NCBI GenBank assembly: GCA_030614005.1
Contig: JAUWKS010000025.1
Span: forward strand, 1-32,000
DNA length: 32,000 nucleotides
DNA from: Candidatus Heimdallarchaeota archaeon
GTDB taxonomy: Archaea; Asgardarchaeota; Heimdallarchaeia; JABLTI01
Direction of reading: 5' to 3'
This document shows, in pieces, positions 1 through 8,073 of the stretch. The translations under genes and the position numbers were made by a program. The notes beneath the pieces were generated by a model, which did not search any database, was not told the origin of the DNA, and was given only the letters and a program-made list of their open reading frames with translations. The number at the start of each line of letters is the position of its first letter. Positions within the stretch are counted from its first letter, which is position 1.

Positions 1-1
1 A

Positions 2-277
2 AAAGCTATCTCTCATATGGTTCCAAGAGAAATCATCGTAGAAGAAATTCTCAATGGTCTTGGCACACCCGCAACAACTGGATGTCCAAATGTTGCAGTT
101 GGTTACGACACAACTCTCGTTCCTTATGAATATAGTATTACCCTAGCTTTGCAATACATGAAAGATGCAGGATTTGATGTTACTCCTACACCAGTCGGAA
201 TCGGTTTAGTAGTAATCTTCAGCATTCTCGCACTCGCTGGTGCAAGTCAGGTATTCTTCTTAAAGAGAAGAAAATAA
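2..277 (+). CDS. C-terminal part of an ABC transporter substrate-binding protein (family 5, OppA/DppA-like) with C-terminal TM anchor; 5'-truncated by the window edge
   Basis: The frame is open from base 2: KAISHMVPREIIVEEILNGLGTPA...GYDTTLVPYEYSITLALQYMKDAGF resembles the SBP_bac_5 C-terminus. It ends in a hydrophobic helix plus FFLKRRK. The Met at 17 is internal. Confidence 0.7.
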   Translation, partial: KAISHMVPREIIVEEILNGLGTPATTGCPNVAVGYDTTLVPYEYSITLALQYMKDAGFDVTPTPVGIGLVVIFSILALAGASQVFFLKRRK

Positions 278-318
278 GCCATTAGGCTTTTTTTTTCTTT
301 TTTTTTCTTTTTTCTTTC
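276..318 (+). terminator. Short hairpin plus long T-tract terminator
   Basis: AAGCC-atta-GGCTT (276-289) at the stop codon, followed by T runs. Confidence 0.65.
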
Positions 319-550
319 ATTCCTTTCGAGTAGCAGCCGTATTTGAGCTAATCCATTCTTTTTTTCTTTATTGAGTTCTTTCAATCATTTTCCTTCTTGC
401 CGATACATTTTAATTAGTAGCAAAAACCCTTTAACTAGAATTGTTGGTTAAATTTCGTGACCACAAAAATATATAAAAGACTAAAGTTGAAATGATAATA
501 CATTAGTTCACTTGACTAGTGCTACTGACTGGAAAAGATGTGAAAAGCTT

Positions 551-1648
551 ATGAAATTTCCTCAAGTAAACAAATCCGCCGTTATTCTATCATTAATGGT
601 CATTGTCTTGACTATTAGTCCCATTGTTATGGTAAATGGTGAAACTTATACTCTTATTAATGAACGTTTTACTATTGGCCCACAACAACCAGAACTCATT
701 GCTGAGAATGATTACAATTTAACAGAAACTAATGAATATGTTTTAGGTATTCCAGATATAGATGCAGTTGGCACTCGCTCTGATTCTGCGACTTATTATT
801 TTGAAATAACTTCCACTGCTCGTGTTGAGATTTATTTTCTAGATTCAGGGAACGGTTTCCTTAATGATTACAAAGTATTTTCCGATAACTGGGATGGTTC
901 CGCTCCTGCTGCACCAACAGTTTATTCTTATCGTCTTATTTGTGACAGTTATATAGTAGATAGCTTTACACTTGCTGCTTCTGTCACCCCAAAATTGATT
1001 CTCTTTTCAAATGACACTCAAGTTTCAGGCGAATATTTTTGGACTGAAGGATTATCGGCAATTAATTATTCACCATATTACGCTCGTTCATTAGGTAGTG
1101 ATCGTCCAACAGAAGATTCAATTCACATCTTTTATGCCAATGCTAGTATTGATGCATATGTTCTCACTGATTCTCAATATGATGTTTTTCTACTTAATCC
1201 AAACAATGAACCCACAGAATTCAACAGTTATGCAAGTGGTGTTGGAACAGATTTATATCTCAACTTTACTGCTCCAGCAGATGAGAACCTTCATTTAATT
1301 CTCTGGCATAATTTGCTTCGTGATGGTGTAACAGGATCTATTATCTGGAATTTTAGTTACCAGCGTACATTTATTGAAAACTATTGGTCAATGTTTGTAG
1401 TAATATTGCTAATTCTTGCATTTGTGTTGACTTTAATTTTCCAAACCAAAGTACTCCCACCTGTTGTTTGGACCCTCTCCAAAGTAAAATACTACCTCAT
1501 TACTCTTCCTTGGACATATTTCAAGAAGGGAGTCTCATGGCTATGGAAAGGTACTGTGACTCTTTGGAAAATCATGCGTCGACATGAACTAGATGAATTG
1601 GTAGAGGAAGGCGGAGACGCCGAAAAAATAAAAGAAGATGAGATTTAG
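551..1648 (+). CDS. Membrane-anchored cell-surface protein, function unknown
   Basis: N-terminal signal-like hydrophobic stretch, S/T/Y/N-rich extracellular region, TM helix near the C-terminus (WSMFVVILLILAFVLTLIF) and acidic tail. ATG 551 preferred over TTG 512. Confidence 0.7.
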   Translation: MKFPQVNKSAVILSLMVIVLTISPIVMVNGETYTLINERFTIGPQQPELIAENDYNLTETNEYVLGIPDIDAVGTRSDSATYYFEITSTARVEIYFLDSGNGFLNDYKVFSDNWDGSAPAAPTVYSYRLICDSYIVDSFTLAASVTPKLILFSNDTQVSGEYFWTEGLSAINYSPYYARSLGSDRPTEDSIHIFYANASIDAYVLTDSQYDVFLLNPNNEPTEFNSYASGVGTDLYLNFTAPADENLHLILWHNLLRDGVTGSIIWNFSYQRTFIENYWSMFVVILLILAFVLTLIFQTKVLPPVVWTLSKVKYYLITLPWTYFKKGVSWLWKGTVTLWKIMRRHELDELVEEGGDAEKIKEDEI

Positions 1649-1662
1649 ATTCATCTATTTAG

Positions 1663-1700
1663 AAAGTTGGAGAATCCAACTTTTATTCTCTTTCTTTTTA
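1663..1700 (+). terminator. Hairpin plus T-rich terminator
   Basis: Perfect 9-bp stem AAAGTTGGA-gaa-TCCAACTTT (1663-1683) followed by T-rich sequence, 15 nt after the stop. Confidence 0.6.
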
Positions 1701-1781
1701 CTTAATTTTAACTGCTGATTTTAGGATTTTTAATAATCTTTTTAGCACTAGCAATGTCCTACTAATTTAAAGTTGATACCA

Positions 1782-2261
1782 ATGACCATCAAAGAATCTG
1801 ATACTTCAAAAACAAATGAAGAAACACATACCGTTCAAGAAAACCATGAATTTAATGATTCTTTAAGAGAAGATGGTGCTCAAGAACATTTAGAGGAATA
1901 CCTCACAAATAAAGTTCAACTTCGTTGGTCAAGGGTTCTCATAGTTTCAATTGTTGTCGCAATTGTTCTTGTATTGGTTACTTTGTTAGCTTGCTGGATT
2001 ATTTCTTTTTCAAATCCAATTATCTTTCTTTTTCTGTCTTGGATTTTCTTGATCGAACTCGCTTTATTATTCGTTTTTGGTGGATGTATTGGTACTGTAA
2101 AGCAATCTTTCACTATTGACAGCATTAAGTCCCGCTTAACTCGAGGCGAACGGATTACTGGTGCAGATACAAAAATTGCTATTGGAAGTGCATATTCCTA
2201 CATATTTGCCGGTGTCTTTCTTGGGCTTGCTTCGTTGATTGCTTGGTCTATTGGTTTCTAA
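1782..2261 (+). CDS. Small integral membrane protein (about 3 TM), unknown function
   Basis: Acidic N-terminus followed by three hydrophobic segments. ATG 1782 is in frame with the track start at 1773. Confidence 0.65.
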   Translation: MTIKESDTSKTNEETHTVQENHEFNDSLREDGAQEHLEEYLTNKVQLRWSRVLIVSIVVAIVLVLVTLLACWIISFSNPIIFLFLSWIFLIELALLFVFGGCIGTVKQSFTIDSIKSRLTRGERITGADTKIAIGSAYSYIFAGVFLGLASLIAWSIGF

Positions 2262-2301
2262 ATATTGTTTTTTTTAATTGACCCTCTTAAAAATAAATGA
2301 A

Positions 2302-2321
2302 ATGTGGATAATTATCCACAT
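2302..2321. repeat. Perfect 20-bp palindrome between convergent genes
   Basis: ATGTGGATAATTATCCACAT is its own reverse complement. Confidence 0.9.
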
Positions 2322-2341
2322 CAAAACAACCTCTCCAAATG

Positions 2342-5300
2342 TTAAGAGATTGTATTCAAATCCAAAAATAGTTTTGAATTATTTATTTGTACTCTATAGG
2401 AATCATCGGTCATATCTTTCCGGATGAGCTTTTTCGTCAGAGTTTCATTTTTGATATACTTTGCATGTTTTTGTATTGCTTTAAGTATCTCGTTATCTCC
2501 ATCATAGTACACTTCTATTTCGTCACTTACTTGGAGCTCTTTGTTCTTTCGTAGATTTTGTATTTGCCTTATAACATCTCTTGCGCTACCCTCGAGTATG
2601 AGATCTTTTGTTAAGGTCGTTTCCAGTGCAACAGCGTTTTCTTTGCTCACAGCTATTGCTAGTGTGCCCAATGCTTCCGTTTCCAGAAATAAATCTTCAT
2701 TTAGTTGTAACTGTACTATTTGCTCATTTTCCAGTTCAAGTGTTAACATTTGATTTTTGCTGTTAAAGACTTCCAATATGGTTTTTTGACTCATATTTTG
2801 TACTTTCTCTTCCAGAAGAGAGAGCATATTTTTTAGCTTCGGTCCTAGAACTTTATAATTTGGCTTCAACTTTAATTTGAATAGCTTTCCAGGGTTTTTC
2901 ACAAATTTAATGTTTTTAACATTTAATTCATTTAGTAAATCCTGTTTGAATTCTAGAATGATGTTCTCATTTTCACTGTTTCTACACCATATTTTCATTG
3001 TTGGTAACGGTTGTCGTAATCTGATATTTGTACTACTTCTGGCAGCTCTTCCAAGACGAACAAGCTCTAACACTAAATCCATTTTCCTATTCAGTTCTAG
3101 ATTTAGTAATGATTTATTGACTCTCGGAAATGCTGTTAAGTGAACACTAGGTGTATTTTTAGTTTGAAGTTTCTGTGTTAAATTTCTATAGAGCCTTTCA
3201 GTAAAGAAGGGAGTTATGGGTGCCATTAATTTGCTTAGCGTAAGCAGCGTCTGATAAAGTGTTGAGTAGGCACTATATTTATCCGTACTATTTTCACTTT
3301 TCCAAAATCTTCTGCGACTTCTTCTGACATACCAGGTTGATAGTAATTCAACGAATTTTTCTAACTCAAGAGTTACATTTCTAAAGTCCATCTTTTCATA
3401 AGATTTCCGTACAGTTACTATTAGAGCATTTAATTTGGATAATAGCCATCGATCTAGCTCTGGTAATCCTTCTTTGAGTAAATCCTTTGTTTTCTTTTTA
3501 TTTGGACTAAATTCATCCAAATTAGCGAAAGTAGCAAAGAATGAATAAACATTCCAGATTGTTAGGAAAAATGGTTTTATTTCATCAATTAGATAATAAC
3601 CAAAATTCATTGTTTGTGTAAGTTGTTGTCTAGCAAATGACCAACGCATTATATCTGCGCCCATTTTGTTAACAGCTTCGCTAAACCAGATCGCATTACC
3701 CCAGCTTCGATGCATTGCTCTACCGTCTTTATCGTGTACTTTTTCATGCACTACGACTTGTTTGTAGGGTGGTTTTCCCGTCAGAGTGACACTCATGAAT
3801 AATTGAGAATAAAACCATAGACGTATTTGTTCTCGCATTTCGCAGACACTTTCAGTAGGGAACCACTTTTCCCAATAATCTTTATCTTCAAGATACTTTA
3901 GTGTGGAAAATGGAACTATACCTGCATCTAACCAGCAATCACCTACCTCAATTATTCTCGAGACTGTTTCACCACAGCTAGAGCACTCTATTTTAACATC
4001 ATCTATCCATGGTCTATGAAGTTCGGTGAGGTTCTCTGTTCCTTCAACCGCAGCTTCTAAGAGCTCATCTTTTGATCCTATGACTGTTAATTTTCCACAA
4101 TGATTGCATTCATAGAATGGTAAAGGTAAACCCCAATAACGCTTACGGGATATGCACCAATTGCCCATATTATTTAGCCAATCTTGCATTCTTTTCTCAT
4201 AAAAACTGGGTATCCATTCAACTTTGGTAGTAGCTTGTTTTAACATAGGTCGTACTTCATCACTATTGATGAACCACTCATTCACTAGTCGAAATACCAG
4301 TTCTTCACTGCATCTCCAACAAGTGGGGTATCGATGTATATATTGCTCTTTTTTATAGAGCAGTCCATTTTCTGCTAATCGTTCGATAACCTTAGCTGAT
4401 ACAGAGTGTACTTCCAATCCTGCAAATTCATTGTACTCCTTTAGGAATATTCCGAACTCGTCAATTGGTGAAAGAGCTTTAAGATTGTATTGAAGTGATA
4501 GTTGGTAATCCTCTGCTCCACAACCAGGCGCAATATGAACAATTCCTGTTCCTTCTTCACCACCTACGTCTTGCCACAAAACTACTTTGTGCACAACATT
4601 TTTTTGACTTTTTAAATAGCTAAAAGGTGTGGTATACAATAATCCTTCTAATTGCTTACCTGATAATTCTTCGAGTACTTCATACTCTCCAGTAAGAACA
4701 GATAATCGACTATTTACCAAATAGTATATCTCATTGTTTTGTTGCACTTTGGAATATTTTAATGATGGATGCACAGCAACAGCAGTATTCGCTGTCAATG
4801 TCCAGGGGGTTGTTGTCCATACCAATAGAAATTCATCTAAGAGCTTATTTTTCTTGTCAGAATTTCTTAAGGGAAATTTAGCAAAGACAGAGGTATGTGT
4901 TAATTCTTTGTAAGAATCATGTTGTTCATGTTGAGACAATGAAGTTCCGCATCTGCTACACCACGGCATTGGTAGATGCCCTTTAAATAACCAACCATTT
5001 TCATGACACTTTTTCAAAAAGTGCCATATGTAGCTTATATTCGTGTCAGTGTGTGTGTAGTAGGAATTGTCCCAATCCATCCATTGCCCTAATCGTTTTG
5101 ATTCTGTGGTTATTAATTCGGAATATTTGTCTAAACGTTGTTTGCACTTGTTAGAAAATTTTGCAAGGCCAAAGTCTTCTATTGCTTTTTTGGAATTTAA
5201 TCCCAGTGCTTTCTCAACTTCAACTTCTATCCAGAGTCCTTGACAATCAAAACCATTTTGATATCTAAGCTCGTAACCACGCATTGCCCAAAAGCGTTGT

Positions 5301-5575
5301 ATTATATCCTTTAAGGAACGGCCCCATCCGTGATGCATTCCCATAGGGTTATTAGCCGTTATCGGTCCGTCTATAAATGAATAGTTCTTCTTTGCTCTGC
5401 GATTTTGTTCAAGCAGCTTTTCGAAGATTCTTTCTTTCTCCCAAAATGCTAGAACTGTTTCTTCAAGTTGAACCATATTCACACTTGAACTTACTTCAGG
5501 AAATCTAAAGTCATCTGCTACCTGCTTCTTCTTCTGATTTTTAGTATTATTTTTGGTCTTAGTTTCGAATTTCAT
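2342..5575 (-). CDS. ileS: Isoleucyl-tRNA synthetase, type 2 (IleRS2), with non-canonical signature motifs
   Basis: DGPITANNPMGMHH (HIGH region), GFDCQGL, WTTTPWTL and GTGIVHIAPG (CP1 editing domain), WCISRKRYWG, WLDAG, AMHRSWGN (KMSKS position), YVRRSRRRFW anticodon domain, and the long C-terminal extension (RQIQNLRK) typical of IleRS2. Confidence 0.96.
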   Translation of the reverse strand: MKFETKTKNNTKNQKKKQVADDFRFPEVSSSVNMVQLEETVLAFWEKERIFEKLLEQNRRAKKNYSFIDGPITANNPMGMHHGWGRSLKDIIQRFWAMRGYELRYQNGFDCQGLWIEVEVEKALGLNSKKAIEDFGLAKFSNKCKQRLDKYSELITTESKRLGQWMDWDNSYYTHTDTNISYIWHFLKKCHENGWLFKGHLPMPWCSRCGTSLSQHEQHDSYKELTHTSVFAKFPLRNSDKKNKLLDEFLLVWTTTPWTLTANTAVAVHPSLKYSKVQQNNEIYYLVNSRLSVLTGEYEVLEELSGKQLEGLLYTTPFSYLKSQKNVVHKVVLWQDVGGEEGTGIVHIAPGCGAEDYQLSLQYNLKALSPIDEFGIFLKEYNEFAGLEVHSVSAKVIERLAENGLLYKKEQYIHRYPTCWRCSEELVFRLVNEWFINSDEVRPMLKQATTKVEWIPSFYEKRMQDWLNNMGNWCISRKRYWGLPLPFYECNHCGKLTVIGSKDELLEAAVEGTENLTELHRPWIDDVKIECSSCGETVSRIIEVGDCWLDAGIVPFSTLKYLEDKDYWEKWFPTESVCEMREQIRLWFYSQLFMSVTLTGKPPYKQVVVHEKVHDKDGRAMHRSWGNAIWFSEAVNKMGADIMRWSFARQQLTQTMNFGYYLIDEIKPFFLTIWNVYSFFATFANLDEFSPNKKKTKDLLKEGLPELDRWLLSKLNALIVTVRKSYEKMDFRNVTLELEKFVELLSTWYVRRSRRRFWKSENSTDKYSAYSTLYQTLLTLSKLMAPITPFFTERLYRNLTQKLQTKNTPSVHLTAFPRVNKSLLNLELNRKMDLVLELVRLGRAARSSTNIRLRQPLPTMKIWCRNSENENIILEFKQDLLNELNVKNIKFVKNPGKLFKLKLKPNYKVLGPKLKNMLSLLEEKVQNMSQKTILEVFNSKNQMLTLELENEQIVQLQLNEDLFLETEALGTLAIAVSKENAVALETTLTKDLILEGSARDVIRQIQNLRKNKELQVSDEIEVYYDGDNEILKAIQKHAKYIKNETLTKKLIRKDMTDDSYRVQINNSKLFLDLNTIS

Positions 5576-5730
5576 GATTCCTCATTTAAAATCGATCTCC
5601 TATAAAATTGTCGAGTAAGTATATAGTTTACACTAGGATATTGCAAGAATAGAAAGTTAGTTTGGGGGTATAATTTCATGATCCCTCATATTTTCACCTA
5701 GTGTATTACTTAACAACAAAAGATATTTTC

Positions 5731-5880
5731 TTCCGAATCTTTATAAGCGTTTCCGAATGCAACAAAATTAACCTTTTTTTGAAAAAATCACTAAATTTTT
5801 TACAAGCATTTATAAATCACTAATAAGGGTTCATTTATAAGTGACCCTTTATAAGTAAGTTTTAGTTTATAAATGAATAA
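5731..5880. promoter_or_regulatory. Divergent ileS/tbp promoter region with multiple TATA-like boxes
   Basis: TTATAA at 5741, 5810, 5835, 5849 and 5867. TTCCGAAT direct repeats at 5731 and 5751. Confidence 0.6.
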
Positions 5881-5912
5881 ACAGTCCAAATTTTAGTTGG
5901 GAGATAACCAAA

Positions 5913-6488
5913 ATGGTAAAAATTGAATATACAATACAAAACTGTGTTGCATCTGGTAGTGTAGAAACATCAAGAATTGATCTTTATGCTTTGGCTGATG
6001 CTCTTGGTGAAAAACCTGAATACTTCGTATCATACGAACCAGAAAAATTCCCTGGGTTAGTACTGAAAATTCCAGTACCAAAAGTTAGTTCACTAATTTT
6101 TGCTTCAGGTAAAATGGTTATTACTGGAGCAAAGAGTGCAGATATGCTTCACGTTGCAGCAGATGAAATTGTTAAAGTACTAAAAGCCGCTGGTGCAAAA
6201 ATAACTGGAAAACCATCTGTAACTGTGCAAAATATTGTTGCTTCTGGAAATATCAATGCAATAATCAATCTTGAATTAGCATCAATTATGCTTGAAGGTT
6301 CAATGTACGAACCCGAACAATTTCCCGGGTTAATTTATCGTATTAAAGAACCAAAGACAGTTTTACTACTATTCCAAAGTGGTGCTTTTGTCTGCACTGG
6401 TGCTAAGAAAGAAGAATTCGTAAGTGAATCAACGAGAAAAACGTATGAAATTCTCAAAGAAGTTGGTGCTTTAGAGGAAGAATTCTAA
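5913..6488 (+). CDS. tbp: TATA-box binding protein
   Basis: Two TBP repeats: QNCVAS...YEPEKFPGLVLK...LIFASGKMVITGAKS and QNIVAS...YEPEQFPGLIYR...LLFQSGAFVCTGAK. Acidic C-terminus; GGAG RBS upstream. Confidence 0.98.
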   Translation: MVKIEYTIQNCVASGSVETSRIDLYALADALGEKPEYFVSYEPEKFPGLVLKIPVPKVSSLIFASGKMVITGAKSADMLHVAADEIVKVLKAAGAKITGKPSVTVQNIVASGNINAIINLELASIMLEGSMYEPEQFPGLIYRIKEPKTVLLLFQSGAFVCTGAKKEEFVSESTRKTYEILKEVGALEEEF

Positions 6489-6542
6489 ACGAATTCAATT
6501 CTCAAATAACACTCAATTACAAATCAAAAAATGAAAAAAAAT

Positions 6543-6567
6543 GAATGATGATAATTAATCGTCATTC
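6543..6567. terminator. Inverted repeat between convergent tbp and gelsolin genes (possible bidirectional terminator)
   Basis: GAATGATGAT-aatta-ATCGTCATTC, a 10-bp stem with one G-T pair, flanked by A and T tracts. Confidence 0.5.
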
Positions 6568-6588
6568 AACTATTGCTTTTTTATCTTG

Positions 6589-7242
6589 CTACTTGTTCTT
6601 TTCAAAATCTTTGTGGGCTTTGAAAACGTAATTGAAACCACCAGTTTCTTGACCTTCTTCGATGGTTATTGTTTGTGGAGCTTCTCTGAACTCTTTATCA
6701 ATGTAATCTGATTTTATTGCACCGAAGAACTTTTCTTTTGGTCGAGCTTTACTACCAATCCAGTTATAGATTATCATTGCTTCTTCGCCCATTAAAGCAA
6801 CAACAACAAATACATCATTGGAATCTAATGACTCTCGAGAGAATTTCTCCTCAATATACTCAATTTCGTCTCCGTCTTGTTTTACTCGAATCATACGGAA
6901 TACTGGTTTGAAACTTGTATCCACATGTGTCAACATAGAAGGTGTGTCACCTTCAACAATTTTGAATTCAGGTCCAAGAGCGTCAAGAAGCTCTGCATCT
7001 TCTTCTCCTTCCAAACAAGAATCAACTCTGGGTTTGCCACCGTGTTCCCAATCTAATTCTTGAGCTGTTTTTGCTGCGATGAATTTTTCATCAACTTGAG
7101 TGCTCTTGCCTAACCAAATCCAAATTGTTTGACCGAGATCAATAACATATGAGTCTCCGGTTTTAAAATGTGGATCTTTAATTGGGACAAATTCACCCTT
7201 TTGGATATGATAGATCATTTTGTCTTCAGCCATAATTTTCAC
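6589..7242 (-). CDS. Two-domain gelsolin/villin-like protein (Asgard 2DGel type)
   Basis: Two gelsolin repeats: FKTGDSYVIDLGQTIWIWLGKSTQVDEK...EGEEDAELLDAL and LDSNDVFVV...IYNWIGSKARPKEK...IEEGQETGGF. Confidence 0.88.
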   Translation of the reverse strand: MKIMAEDKMIYHIQKGEFVPIKDPHFKTGDSYVIDLGQTIWIWLGKSTQVDEKFIAAKTAQELDWEHGGKPRVDSCLEGEEDAELLDALGPEFKIVEGDTPSMLTHVDTSFKPVFRMIRVKQDGDEIEYIEEKFSRESLDSNDVFVVVALMGEEAMIIYNWIGSKARPKEKFFGAIKSDYIDKEFREAPQTITIEEGQETGGFNYVFKAHKDFEKNK

Positions 7243-7285
7243 CTAAAAATTTACTTTTTACTAAATGGTACTATCTCACACTAAA

Positions 7286-7313
7286 AAAACCTTTCACTAG
7301 GGACAAAGGTTTT
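7286..7313. promoter_or_regulatory. Inverted repeat in a divergent promoter (candidate TF operator)
   Basis: AAAACCTTT-N10-AAAGGTTTT with perfect 9-bp arms, just upstream of TTTTATATAA (about 7329). Confidence 0.45.
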
Positions 7314-7379
7314 CGTCTGAAATTACCCTTTTATATAATGGATTAGATAAAATAAGCTATAATATTTGTCATATCAAAA

Positions 7380-7970
7380 ATGGTGATTTTTATGAAGAAA
7401 CAAACAATTACTAAAATTGTTACTTTATGTTTAATAATAGTAACTCTTTCGCCAATTGTGACTTTAACAGTACAATCTCAGATGAATGGAAGTTTCGATG
7501 ATCTCACTACTAAAGGAGAAGATACGAAACTTTACAAAGGCTTACTCTATAAAACTGGTACATTAGGAAATATTATGAGTATAGACAGTTATCACTTCCA
7601 AATGAAAGCAGGTAAAACTTATTTGCTTCGAGCAAAATTTGATATTACAGCAGGGGCATTTTCCTTAGATGTCAATGGTCCAGGTGGAAATCATGTTTTT
7701 CCAGTAACTTGGGATACTGACGACCCTAAAAGTGCAAGGGTTATACAATTTTTATTCACTCCAACTGATACTGGGGATCATTCAATTTTTGTCTGGTGTA
7801 TTATAGGCAATGATGCTGGTGATTACTCCCTTTATGTGAATCAAGACGGTTTTGCAGGTTGGTGGTGGATGTTAGCTGCTGGAATTGGTGTAATGCTTCT
7901 AATTGTTATTACTTTTGTAGTTATCTCGCGAGCTACTAAGCCTAAAAAGAGAAGAAAGAAAAGAAGATGA
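7380..7970 (+). CDS. Membrane-anchored surface protein with a PPC-like beta-sandwich domain
   Basis: Signal-like N-terminus; DSYHFQMKAGKTYLL...TGDHSIFV...GDYSLYV pattern of pre-peptidase C-terminal-like domains; C-terminal TM plus KPKKRRKKRR. Start may be ATG 7392. Confidence 0.6.
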   Translation: MVIFMKKQTITKIVTLCLIIVTLSPIVTLTVQSQMNGSFDDLTTKGEDTKLYKGLLYKTGTLGNIMSIDSYHFQMKAGKTYLLRAKFDITAGAFSLDVNGPGGNHVFPVTWDTDDPKSARVIQFLFTPTDTGDHSIFVWCIIGNDAGDYSLYVNQDGFAGWWWMLAAGIGVMLLIVITFVVISRATKPKKRRKKRR

Positions 7971-8073
7971 TAGAAAAAAAGTTTTTCTCTCTATTTTTTT
8001 TAGCTATTCTTTTTTCCTATGAGTAAAGAGTTTATTACTATGTAATTCAATAGAAATCCTTGAAAGAAAACAC

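Noticed and set aside
2280-2340. Replication origin suggested by DnaA boxes
   Set aside because: Archaeal context, only 80 bp of intergenic space, and no ORB elements, cdc6/orc1 gene or extended unwinding element. Kept only as a palindrome finding.
2342-5575. IleRS as a pseudo-enzyme or as ValRS/LeuRS because HIGH/KMSKS are not literal
   Set aside because: The ORF is full length with intact editing, Zn-binding and anticodon-domain motifs, and GxHH is a known functional IleRS2 variant.
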